Shown here piece after piece: positions 55,983 to 64,000 of a stretch of DNA of 64,000 nucleotides (the first letter of the stretch is position 1; the number at the start of each line of letters is the position of its first letter). Source of the stretch: an uncultured Candidatus Saccharibacteria bacterium (GTDB taxonomy: Bacteria > Patescibacteriota > Minisyncoccia > UBA6257 > 1-14-0-10-44-23); contig CAZJVT010000002.1 of assembly GCA_964549935.1 (NCBI GenBank), forward strand, positions 40,993 through 104,992, in the 5' to 3' direction. Position numbers and translations under genes: made by a program. The notes under the pieces are model-generated. The model did no database searches, had not been told where the DNA came from, and was given only the letters and a program-made list of their open reading frames with translations.

Positions 55983-56273
55983 TTGCGGAACTTGCCTTCC
56001 GGCGAATGTAATAAAAGCCTCCTCCCTGCGGCATCAGTAGCGATACACAAAACCCTTTATTTACTAATATACACATTCATCATTTCTGTGACTGAAATTA
56101 TTCACGAGGAGAATTCAAGCAGCAGTCTTTTGGTACTTCTTATCATCATCGTACTGGCCATCGGCGGCTTCTTGCTTTGGCGTTTCTTGCCAAGTAACCA
56201 GGCTACCAACGATACTCCGTCTACCGTCAACGTAACTTTGACTCCTGGTACAGCGGCGGGCACCACGAAATAG
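55983..56273 (+). CDS. Possible small membrane protein (weak).
   Basis: ORF with one hydrophobic helix and a Thr-rich tail. The start is uncertain. Confidence 0.25.
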   Translation: MRNLPSGECNKSLLPAASVAIHKTLYLLIYTFIISVTEIIHEENSSSSLLVLLIIIVLAIGGFLLWRFLPSNQATNDTPSTVNVTLTPGTAAGTTK

Positions 56274-56279
56274 CAGATA

Positions 56280-56915
56280 TTAAAATCCCGCCTCGCGAAT
56301 CGACTGTATCAACTCTGCAGGCGTACGTACGATTGCCAGCGGATTGCCTTTCTCTAATCGCTGCGCGTCATGAAAGCCCCAGGCTACCGCAATGGTCGGT
56401 AGGCCGATTTCTGCGGCCGCGCGCAGGTCGCCAAGTGTATCTGTCACAAACAAATGATTTTTTACCTCCTCGCCGTGCAGGCCGAGCATCTTAAATTTTT
56501 TTACTTTGCTTTCTGCGACCTGATACCCAAGCACGCTCTTAAAGTGCTGCCCTATGCCTCGGCTCATTAAAAAGTCCCTAATGATGTCCGAGTGACCATT
56601 AGTTACGATATGCAACTGCCCCTTACCGACAAGACTATTAAGCACCTCCTGCATACCAGCAACAATTTCGTGTTTCTGAATTCCCTCCGCATAAGCCTCA
56701 AAGAATTGCTTCTTAAGACCCTCATCATCAAAACTTTTCAGTTGCGGCCGAAGCGGGTGCTCAAACAGGTTGCCGTCAAAAAGCGTCACGTACTGGTCGT
56801 GCGGCAGCGAGAGCTGGTCATACGTTGTCGTCAAATGATGACAAAGATCGTAGGTGTCTACGATAACGCCGTCGAAGTCGAAAATAATATGTCGCTCCTT
56901 ACTTGGCTTTTTCAT
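56280..56915 (-). CDS. HAD-superfamily hydrolase (subfamily IA).
   Basis: Start MKKPSKERHIIFDFDGVIVDT (DxDGV motif I). Overlaps ribH by 17 nt. Confidence 0.8.
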   Translation of the reverse strand: MKKPSKERHIIFDFDGVIVDTYDLCHHLTTTYDQLSLPHDQYVTLFDGNLFEHPLRPQLKSFDDEGLKKQFFEAYAEGIQKHEIVAGMQEVLNSLVGKGQLHIVTNGHSDIIRDFLMSRGIGQHFKSVLGYQVAESKVKKFKMLGLHGEEVKNHLFVTDTLGDLRAAAEIGLPTIAVAWGFHDAQRLEKGNPLAIVRTPAELIQSIREAGF

Positions 56916-57369
56916 CACTGATAATTGTAGCGCAGCGTAGCGCCGCAACAAGTGCATCTGCTCCAACGTGTGTGCGGGCAAGCGCCTGATTTTCGTTTTC
57001 ACACGTAAGCACGCCAAATCCGACCGGCACACCGGAGCTCATCATCACCGCAAGCACTCCTTCGCTCACAATCTTGGCTACGTAATCGTAGTGGTCGGTC
57101 TCACCGCGAATAATTGCTCCAAGCGCGACCAGCGCGTCATACTTCTTCGTCTCCGCCATCGCCCTTAAAACTACAGGAATTTCGACGCTTCCCGGCACCT
57201 GATGAACAGTGATGTTCGTCGGCAAAACCTTATAGCGTTCTGCCGTGACAAAAGCCTCGGCCAGTAGCCTCTCCGTAATAGCAGCATTAAATTCGGCTAC
57301 AACAATGCCGACGCGATACTTAGAAGCGTCAAACGGCTTTGTTTCAGTTTTTTGTGCTTGCTGCGACAT
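56899..57369 (-). CDS. ribH: 6,7-dimethyl-8-ribityllumazine synthase.
   Basis: Conserved lumazine synthase core (RVGIVVAEFN...GVPVGFGVLT). Confidence 0.9.
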   Translation of the reverse strand: MSQQAQKTETKPFDASKYRVGIVVAEFNAAITERLLAEAFVTAERYKVLPTNITVHQVPGSVEIPVVLRAMAETKKYDALVALGAIIRGETDHYDYVAKIVSEGVLAVMMSSGVPVGFGVLTCENENQALARTHVGADALVAALRCATIISDEKAK

Positions 57370-57925
57370 ACTTAGCTAAAATATCAAATTCAAGATTTAC
57401 GAGATCGCCCGCCTGTTTATCCCCAAGTGTCGTGTGGCTAAGGGTATACTCCACCAGCGAGACTGTAAAGGTGCCTCTGGCGACCTCAACGACAGTCAAA
57501 CTGATTCCGTCGACAGTGATTGAGCCTTTTGCAGCAACCAAATGACGAAACTCGCGCGGAAATTGGATTTCTAAAATGCGTGACTCATCCTTTAAGACTA
57601 CGTCCATAATCTTCCCGACAGCATCAACGTGACCCGTAACCAAGTGGCCGTCAATTGTGCCGCCAAGCTTGAGCGAGGTCTCAAGATTTACGCGCTGCGG
57701 GGTGACGATGCCAAAGGTTGTTTTTGAAAGCGTCTCCGGCATCAATGAGCATTCGTAAAAACCGCGCCCAACTTTGGCGATAGTCAGACAGGCACCGTCA
57801 GTTGAAACAGACTCGCCCGGCTTAAGCCGCCAGCCTTTAGGCGTAGTGATAACAAGCAAAAGGGACCCGCCTTTCCGCTCGGCTTTCTTAATACCGGCAA
57901 CGGCACGAATAATGCCAGTAAACAT
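57344..57925 (-). CDS. ribE: Riboflavin synthase (alpha subunit).
   Basis: MFTGII and the duplicated lumazine-binding half (GTIDGHLVTGHVD). Confidence 0.9.
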   Translation of the reverse strand: MFTGIIRAVAGIKKAERKGGSLLLVITTPKGWRLKPGESVSTDGACLTIAKVGRGFYECSLMPETLSKTTFGIVTPQRVNLETSLKLGGTIDGHLVTGHVDAVGKIMDVVLKDESRILEIQFPREFRHLVAAKGSITVDGISLTVVEVARGTFTVSLVEYTLSHTTLGDKQAGDLVNLEFDILAKYVAASTKN

Positions 57926-57930
57926 ATCAA

Positions 57931-58257
57931 TTAAATACCTAGCTGGCTTTCCGAAATCTGTAGAGTTTTTGCGTAATCAAGAGCCTTCTGTCGTTTCTCG
58001 AGCTCCTTGGGCATAAAGTGGAAAACTTTATTTGGAAACACAGCATAAATATCAGTTTCATTTTTTACACTGGCGTACGACTGGCCGGACTTCAAAAGTC
58101 GACTTAACTCGTCGGCGACACTCGGTGCGAGCTCGTCTTTAACAACAAATGTGATTAAATCACCCGCCGGAGTCGCTTCGCGCCTCAAGGAATCAACGAA
58201 ATTCAAAATAGACTCGTCGTGCAGGCTGCCGGCTAAAACGCTACCGTTATAAAGCAT
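57931..58257 (-). CDS. Hypothetical protein.
   Basis: 108-aa ORF upstream of ribE-ribH. No recognisable domain. Confidence 0.35.
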   Translation of the reverse strand: MLYNGSVLAGSLHDESILNFVDSLRREATPAGDLITFVVKDELAPSVADELSRLLKSGQSYASVKNETDIYAVFPNKVFHFMPKELEKRQKALDYAKTLQISESQLGI

Positions 58258-58269
58258 AGTAAGCCAAGC

Positions 58270-58968
58270 TTACACGTTCTTCTGCTCATCTGCAATCATC
58301 GCCTCAAGCTTAACCTCGCCAAGCGGACGGTCACCCTTGTGAATTTTAAAACTCTCTTTGAACTCTTTTATGAAATTACGATCGCCCTTCCAATTGATCA
58401 GTAAGATAATAAACATCGCGATTAATGCGCCAACGCCGGCGCAGAGCATATCTTTTTGCGCATCCCAAATATCGCCCTGTGCGCCAAGGAATGCCAGACC
58501 GGCGCTCATATCAACATTGCGGGCAGTCATCCACTCGATAATTTCGTAAATTGCCGAGAAGGCAAACGTGATATCAACCGGCAAAAAATAGCTCCAGAAT
58601 CCTTTAGCGTGACCAACGCGCATAAACACCTCGCGCATCGGGTAAGCAAGCAAGAAGCCGTATGAGAAGTGTACGAGTCGGTCATACATATTGCGATCAG
58701 CATTAAGCCAAACTTTGAGCAGATCTCCAAACGGAACCTCGGCGTAAGTGTAGTGTGAGCCGATAACATGCAGAATCATAAACAGCGTGATAAGCGTGTA
58801 TGAAACATTGGAAAGCTTGAACCAGCGCCCGATGATTAAAATTAAAGGTACAAAAATAAAAACAAGATAGTTTTCAAGCAACCAATCGTGCGGATACACC
58901 GGATTAATTGCCGCCCAGATCCAAACTGCTACGAAAGCTAGAACGAGGAACCAACGATACTTTGTCAT
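58270..58968 (-). CDS. DUF2238 (YjdF-family) membrane protein.
   Basis: Multi-TM protein with HVIGSHYTY...EIIEW pattern. Confidence 0.6.
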   Translation of the reverse strand: MTKYRWFLVLAFVAVWIWAAINPVYPHDWLLENYLVFIFVPLILIIGRWFKLSNVSYTLITLFMILHVIGSHYTYAEVPFGDLLKVWLNADRNMYDRLVHFSYGFLLAYPMREVFMRVGHAKGFWSYFLPVDITFAFSAIYEIIEWMTARNVDMSAGLAFLGAQGDIWDAQKDMLCAGVGALIAMFIILLINWKGDRNFIKEFKESFKIHKGDRPLGEVKLEAMIADEQKNV

Positions 58969-58994
58969 ACGCTTTTAATGATTTTTAATAAAAA

Positions 58995-59873
58995 CTATCG
59001 GGGCAGGACTGGGACTAAGACAACCCAGCGACGGCCCGGGAAAACATGCGCCACATCATATGCGGCGACTACTTGCTTGCCTTCTGTAGAAAAATTCACA
59101 AAACCGCTCTCGCTTGTGTCAATATTGTTAAGGACGCCTTTGTATGTTGGCGCGTTGGTTGAACCAAGTGTTGCGAATGCGGGCGAATTAACATTAACTC
59201 CGACAAATTGGGTGTCGGGGTGATATAAAATCGTTCCGTCATCGTCAAGAACAATGACAAAGCGGTGATTCCCGACGCTAATATTTTTAAAAATCTTATC
59301 GCCGAATTGATTTAGGTATACTGCCCCACCGATAGTACCCGTAAAAGCACCGCTCTTATCAAAAAGCGGATAGTGCACCGCTATAGCCACTGTGTCCTGC
59401 CCCGGCACCGGCGAACCAGGACTCATAACTGCAGCGTGCTTCGGATCCGCAAAAAGCTTTTCGAGGAACGGTGCAATCTCCTTAATCGTCTTGCCCTCCA
59501 CTGACCTATTCATCGAGCAACGGAAAACCCCGTCCGGGCCAACACGGGCAAGATTGCTCATCTGACCGTTAAAAACTTCGAAATATTTCTTAATATTATC
59601 AGCGCACTCCTGGCCCTGGTATGGAGCAACCAGATTGCCAATTGCCATCAAATTAACCTCCTCTGCTAGGTCTTCCATCTTGTCTTCAATCATTCGAGAG
59701 GCCTGTAAGGCAATAATGGCATTCTGCTCCTGATCGTAGTTTTGGACAGTAGACTTGTAACCGCGCATACTGGCAAGCGATGCTGCGCCGACAAGCACCA
59801 ATAAAATGCAAATAACGGAAAGCAAGCTCGTCAGTCGTCTCCAGACTGCGAGATTTGTGATGTTGGAAAGCAT
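58995..59873 (-). CDS. Membrane-anchored extracytoplasmic Cache-like sensor-domain protein with no output domain.
   Basis: TM helix then a ~250-aa alpha/beta domain, with a dCache-like pattern around GDKIFKNISVGNHRFVIVLDDDGTILYHPD. Confidence 0.45.
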   Translation of the reverse strand: MLSNITNLAVWRRLTSLLSVICILLVLVGAASLASMRGYKSTVQNYDQEQNAIIALQASRMIEDKMEDLAEEVNLMAIGNLVAPYQGQECADNIKKYFEVFNGQMSNLARVGPDGVFRCSMNRSVEGKTIKEIAPFLEKLFADPKHAAVMSPGSPVPGQDTVAIAVHYPLFDKSGAFTGTIGGAVYLNQFGDKIFKNISVGNHRFVIVLDDDGTILYHPDTQFVGVNVNSPAFATLGSTNAPTYKGVLNNIDTSESGFVNFSTEGKQVVAAYDVAHVFPGRRWVVLVPVLPR

Positions 59874-59887
59874 ACAACTAGTATAAC

Positions 59888-60502
59888 TTATTTCTTCGTC
59901 TCCTTCATCCAGTCTCCGCCGTTAAAGCGGTTGTGGAGTGCCTTGCGGTGCCAGTCGTTCGGATCTGCCTTATGAATCTTGGCAAACATCTCTTTGGCGG
60001 TTTTTGTAAACATGCGCGGGATTACGCCCTTCGTCCTGTCGGCAATGTGCTTCGCGTGCATCGTCGCACCTTGAGTAATCCGTTCTCGCAGCTCAATGTC
60101 CGCATCAATTAAGTCCGCGTCTTTAACAATTTTTGCCTCAATCGTTTTCCGCTCATGATACTCTTTGAGAATTTTCTGCGCCTCGGCCTTCATAACTGTG
60201 CCTTCAAAAATATCATCAATCGCCAACTGCTCATTACGAGCAACATAAAGTCTCTGCACGTAGTCAACGTCCGTGCAGCGACTCTCCGGTAGGTCGTGTA
60301 GGAGCGCCATTTTAAGAATCCGCTCGTGATTCCCCTTGCCCTCGGCGAGCGAGATCATCAAAGCATACAGCGCGGTCCTGAAACTGTGTTCGGCGTGATT
60401 AGCGGTGTTAGGCCCCAACCAGTGAATCCAGGCACGCGGAAAGTTCCTGAAAGCGCTGATTTCAAACATCAGCTCAATGTCGCGTTCTTTAGGCTTTGGC
60501 AT
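59888..60502 (-). CDS. HD-domain phosphohydrolase.
   Basis: H..HS...A......LLHDLPE HD motif. Confidence 0.75.
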   Translation of the reverse strand: MPKPKERDIELMFEISAFRNFPRAWIHWLGPNTANHAEHSFRTALYALMISLAEGKGNHERILKMALLHDLPESRCTDVDYVQRLYVARNEQLAIDDIFEGTVMKAEAQKILKEYHERKTIEAKIVKDADLIDADIELRERITQGATMHAKHIADRTKGVIPRMFTKTAKEMFAKIHKADPNDWHRKALHNRFNGGDWMKETKK

Positions 60503-60516
60503 ATCTTCAGAGTAAC

Positions 60517-61119
60517 CTACTCAGCGTAGGATTTCAAAAAGGCTTTGAGCTTCTTGAGCGCCTTGGTGCGTGAGCCGATTTTTATCTTTGTTTCGAGTCC
60601 AAGCTCGGCGGTCGTTTTTGTGTAGCCCTTAGGAATGAAAATGGTGTCGAATCCAAAGCCCTCCTTGCCTCGCACTTTTTTAGCGACACTGCCTTGGGTT
60701 ACCCCTTCGGCGTAGAAAAATGTTTTGCCATCATAAAATCCGTAGGCAACAATCCAGGTAACGCTACGGTCCGGCTTTGTCAGCATATCCGCCACGCCCT
60801 GCGAGCCGATACCGTCTTCAAACCAACGGATGAGTGGCCCCGGCAATCCGTTCAACTGTTTAATCGCAAAAGAAACGTCATCAACGATGACGGCTTGTCC
60901 GCCTCCCTGGCCGCCTTTGGCGCCGCCGGAGGCGGGCAAGCTGGCGGAGGTGTTTACCTTGGCGTAAGCCTGCTTCACTTTGTATTCAACGAGCGTACGC
61001 AAATCAACTCCCTGAATCTCATCGATAGGCACCTTGACCCGCTTAATAGCCGCACCAAGAATTCGCTGCGCTTCAATGGCTTTACCTTCATTGCCGGTTA
61101 CAAAAATGAGTTGTTCCAT
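60517..61119 (-). CDS. rdgB: Non-canonical purine NTP pyrophosphatase (RdgB/Ham1).
   Basis: Start MEQLIFVTGNEGK. GFGYDTIF-like motif GFGFDTIFIPKG. Confidence 0.85.
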   Translation of the reverse strand: MEQLIFVTGNEGKAIEAQRILGAAIKRVKVPIDEIQGVDLRTLVEYKVKQAYAKVNTSASLPASGGAKGGQGGGQAVIVDDVSFAIKQLNGLPGPLIRWFEDGIGSQGVADMLTKPDRSVTWIVAYGFYDGKTFFYAEGVTQGSVAKKVRGKEGFGFDTIFIPKGYTKTTAELGLETKIKIGSRTKALKKLKAFLKSYAE

Positions 61120-61200
61120 ATCTCTTGAAACAATACGAGCTAAAACACAAAAAGACAACCCCGCCCTAAGTGCGGGGTTGTCTTTTCTCCTTCCGGAGTC

Positions 61201-62103
61201 CTAGAGCGAGACGCTCGTATCGCGGACTACCGTTGCGCTAATCGTAGTTCCACTTAACGTTCCGTAGAATCGGACGTGATCGCCGACGCGGAAGTTCGCT
61301 AAGTTGGTCGAGAGCCACAAATTATTCAAGATGGAGATATTCGCCGCAATGCTAACCGTGTAGTCAATATTGCCGACGGTAACGACCATTGTCGTAGGTG
61401 CGACCGTACCGGCAATTGATTTAATTTTCCCCTCAAAGAAATTAAATCCCTGTTTTGGTTCCTGCGGAAGCTTAATCACGACACGTTCAGCTAAAAGAGT
61501 ATTGGCCTGGGTATCCCAAACGCCTTTCGCCTGTACGGATGCACCCACCGTAATGTCGGCGAACGCGCCGGCGACATTCCCCTTCAGAATTGAGGTGCTG
61601 CCGACGACATTGACCGTAAGATTACCGCGCTCATTCGTAGCTAAGACGAAACTACTCGTGGAAACGCTTTGCACTGTGCCATTAAAAGTGGCATTAAGCT
61701 TTTGAACAGACCAATCTTTGACTGTCTTTGCATTCACGACTAAGCCACTACCGGTCGTTACGAGATTGCCCTGGAAGCTCACTAAGTCGCCGACGGAGAC
61801 CTCACCGATCGAAGATGCACCGTTTGACTTGCGAACAAATTTCGTGCCGTTGTCGGTATTAACCGTCCAGGAAAGCGATGCTGCCCCCCAAGCGGTGTTT
61901 GCGTTTAGCGTATTGCCGCTTACCGCAGTAACTTTAGCGCCACGGACAAGAACGGTGCCATTGTCATTTATATGTACTTCGAGAGTCGTACCTACGTCAT
62001 GAATCTTTTTCAGATTCTCGTTCTTGTCGTTGTCGGCAAGCGCCGGCACGGCAATCGCAAGAACTGAAAGAAAAGCGAGCGCACTAACAATAATTTTCTT
62101 CAT
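61201..62103 (-). CDS. Secreted beta-rich repeat protein (DUF5666-like), hypothetical.
   Basis: Signal peptide MKKIIVSALAFLSVLAIAVPALA and repeated Gly/Thr/Val-rich ~60-aa units. Confidence 0.45.
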   Translation of the reverse strand: MKKIIVSALAFLSVLAIAVPALADNDKNENLKKIHDVGTTLEVHINDNGTVLVRGAKVTAVSGNTLNANTAWGAASLSWTVNTDNGTKFVRKSNGASSIGEVSVGDLVSFQGNLVTTGSGLVVNAKTVKDWSVQKLNATFNGTVQSVSTSSFVLATNERGNLTVNVVGSTSILKGNVAGAFADITVGASVQAKGVWDTQANTLLAERVVIKLPQEPKQGFNFFEGKIKSIAGTVAPTTMVVTVGNIDYTVSIAANISILNNLWLSTNLANFRVGDHVRFYGTLSGTTISATVVRDTSVSL

Positions 62104-62208
62104 ATTTGTATTACATTATTAATTTTTTAATATCAAACAATGACCTTTTGTTGATAGTTGGAAGGTTCTGCAATAAAGGACGCTATTGATATCTAAAACT
62201 TACAAACT

Positions 62209-62463
62209 TTAGGGTCTGCTTTTAAGCCAAAGTCTCTTGAAAAACGGCATCGTGAGCGTTGAGAGCAAAAACCCGATTGCTGGAACGATGGCGTTGAGCC
62301 AAGGGTTTGCAATTCCAATCGCCCACATATAGATACCGATAGCAAGGTACGTGAATACTATCAATAAACCTCTGCGAACCCAGCTCGTCTCCCAAGCTTT
62401 ATCGCCTTCTACGCGAGCATTACGCTCTTCAATTTTTTGCAGACGTTCTTCGACGGTGCCCAT
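62209..62463 (-). CDS. Small 2-TM membrane protein, hypothetical.
   Basis: Start set at MGTVEERLQK immediately after the NUDIX stop. Confidence 0.35.
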   Translation of the reverse strand: MGTVEERLQKIEERNARVEGDKAWETSWVRRGLLIVFTYLAIGIYMWAIGIANPWLNAIVPAIGFLLSTLTMPFFKRLWLKSRP

Positions 62464-62464
62464 A

Positions 62465-62911
62465 TTATTTAAAATCGAGCTCGGAATACACTTCGCTCTT
62501 TCTAAAATTCTCAATAGCAACGCGAACATATGGAACCATATTTTCGGGCAAAACATCGAAGCTAAACCACTTCAACTCATCGCACTTCTCGGGTTCGCCA
62601 ATTTTTATTTCGCCAGCCCATTTACTTGCGGCAAAGAAAAAATCTACGCGCTCATTCGCCTTGTCTCCAGTGGCGCGATGCATCACATGGGCAAAGCTCA
62701 AATCTTTTTCTGCAAGATCAATGGCAACCTCCTCTTTCGCCTCACGGATAGCCGCGGCTCGAGCTGTCTCGTCTCCGTCTAAATGACCGGCGGGCACACT
62801 GTAGTATCCGTCCATCCAGCCAGTTTGATAACGCTTGAGCAGAAGAATCTCTTTGCCGCGGATTAAAAATAAATGAGCCGCTGGGATAATCTTAAATCGT
62901 TCTTTGGACAT
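62465..62911 (-). CDS. NUDIX hydrolase.
   Basis: Nudix box GHLDGDETARAAAIREAKEEVAI. Confidence 0.8.
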   Translation of the reverse strand: MSKERFKIIPAAHLFLIRGKEILLLKRYQTGWMDGYYSVPAGHLDGDETARAAAIREAKEEVAIDLAEKDLSFAHVMHRATGDKANERVDFFFAASKWAGEIKIGEPEKCDELKWFSFDVLPENMVPYVRVAIENFRKSEVYSELDFK

Positions 62912-62924
62912 GTAGCGTGATTGG

Positions 62925-63209
62925 CTAATTCTTATGTAATTTCATCTTCTCATCGCTCCAGTTCCACCACTTCAGTAAACCGGGCTTATGAGTCTTGTTG
63001 CTTGCATAATACACCGCACAGCGCATGACGTATAGCATACAGCGGTCAATTTTAACGCCCTGCTTACGACACATTTTTTCATACAGCTTCTGCGGATTCT
63101 CATTCTTTAGACAACTCACTGAACGCATCCCGATCTCGCTTAAATCATGAGCTATGCTTTTACCCACACCCGGAATTGTCTGCAGATTGTCCTCTCCTCG
63201 GAATTTCAT
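62925..63209 (-). CDS. Helix-hairpin-helix small protein.
   Basis: IPGVGKSIAHDL HhH motif. Confidence 0.45.
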   Translation of the reverse strand: MKFRGEDNLQTIPGVGKSIAHDLSEIGMRSVSCLKNENPQKLYEKMCRKQGVKIDRCMLYVMRCAVYYASNKTHKPGLLKWWNWSDEKMKLHKN

Positions 63210-63211
63210 AT

Positions 63212-63835
63212 CTACAGCTTCGCCACCAACCCTGGAATCTCTGCAAAATTACTGGTTGTAAACTTCGCGCCCTCTAATGTTTTCGTATTATAAATAATCG
63301 TCGGCATACCGGCTGCATTCGCAGCTAAAATATCAGTTGGTGCATCGCCGATATACACACACTCCTCCGGCTTTACTCCAAGTTTCTCGACACACAGCAA
63401 AATCGGCTCCGGATGTGGCTTGTGATTCTTTGTATCCTGATAACCGACGGCAGTCTTAAAATACTTTTCTAGCGCGCCAAACTCGGGACCCTCAAATATG
63501 TGCGCCTTGGTCCGGCTTGTTACGATTCCAAGCTGGTACTTTTCACTTAGTAACTTTATAACCTCCGGCGCACCCGCAGGCATCGGCGGGTACTCCCTGT
63601 CCGCGGAAAACGGCTGCATCCCGTAAAGCAGCATCTCCTCTACTTTTAGTTCATCAGTCAGCCCGGTCGTGCGGACAATGACATCATGCATAGTACAGTG
63701 ATGCACCGCCTCGTACTGCTCAAGCGTCATCCCGGGATAACCGAACTTCTTAAAAAGCGCATCAAAAAACTTCCAGTTAGAAACCTTGGAATCCAACAGC
63801 ACCCCATCAACATCAAAAATTACGGCTTTTACCAT
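63212..63835 (-). CDS. HAD-superfamily hydrolase (subfamily IA).
   Basis: MVKAVIFDVDGVLLDS motif I and the downstream K...GDAPTD motifs. Confidence 0.8.
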   Translation of the reverse strand: MVKAVIFDVDGVLLDSKVSNWKFFDALFKKFGYPGMTLEQYEAVHHCTMHDVIVRTTGLTDELKVEEMLLYGMQPFSADREYPPMPAGAPEVIKLLSEKYQLGIVTSRTKAHIFEGPEFGALEKYFKTAVGYQDTKNHKPHPEPILLCVEKLGVKPEECVYIGDAPTDILAANAAGMPTIIYNTKTLEGAKFTTSNFAEIPGLVAKL

Positions 63836-63836
63836 A

Positions 63837-64000
63837 TTATTTCTGAAAAAATTCTAATATCTTCGGCATACGATATAAGAAATCATCTTTACGCTCAGCG
63901 AGCGCTCGAATAAGTTCATCGCGAGTAAACCACTTAACCGCCGCTACTTCTCGCGGGTCCGGCTTAAAGTATTCGATTGGTTTGTCGAGCACAAGAGTAA
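63837..64000 (-). CDS. C-terminal fragment of a gene continuing beyond the window end (possibly NUDIX-like).
   Basis: Own translation ends ...EVAAVKWFTRDELIRALAERKDDFLYRMPKILEFFQK*. Confidence 0.3.
   Translation of the reverse strand, partial: TLVLDKPIEYFKPDPREVAAVKWFTRDELIRALAERKDDFLYRMPKILEFFQK

Overview
This 64-kb window looks like a chromosomal segment of a small-genome bacterium of the Patescibacteria/CPR type, possibly Saccharibacteria-like. That placement is an inference from gene content (type IV pilins, DprA, short EF-Ts, GxxExxY, LOG, DUF5671-like proteins) and gene style, not from a search. Native genes are about 48-52% GC, lack Shine-Dalgarno motifs and are densely packed.

Recognisable core content:
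- glyA (5' part), dprA-topA, parB, rpsB-tsf, rpmG, ribE-ribH, glmS, a malic enzyme, msrB, ogt, rdgB, and NUDIX/HAD/HD hydrolases.
- A MacAB/HlyD-like efflux operon, an MsbA-like exporter and a TraG/VirD4-like membrane ATPase.
- Type IV pilin and pilus-assembly genes.
- A complete F1Fo ATP synthase operon.
- Nine tRNA genes: Ile, Leu, Ser x2, Ala, Arg, Trp, Thr x2 and Tyr.

Three unusual layers stand out:
1. Almost every tRNA gene is flanked by 70-200-nt hairpin-rich mini-elements bounded by direct repeats that copy the tRNA's own 5' or 3' end. This resembles att sites of integrase-mediated insertion, but there is no cargo and no integrase. Four elements carry the same 20-bp perfect palindrome, CCTGCCTRCCGGCAGGCAGG. 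Two others share a conserved scaffold with covarying stems, which suggests a structured RNA.
2. Six single-gene cassettes have 60-65% GC, strong AGGAG ribosome-binding sites and their own promoters, in some cases with palindromic operators. Several sit next to tRNAs. They contrast with an SD-less ~49% GC host background and point to foreign origin, possibly a high-GC host.
3. The ATP synthase operon contains two translationally coupled extra genes for secreted proteins, plus a structured intergenic insert.

A ~850-nt GC-rich non-coding structured region follows topA; I could not identify it.
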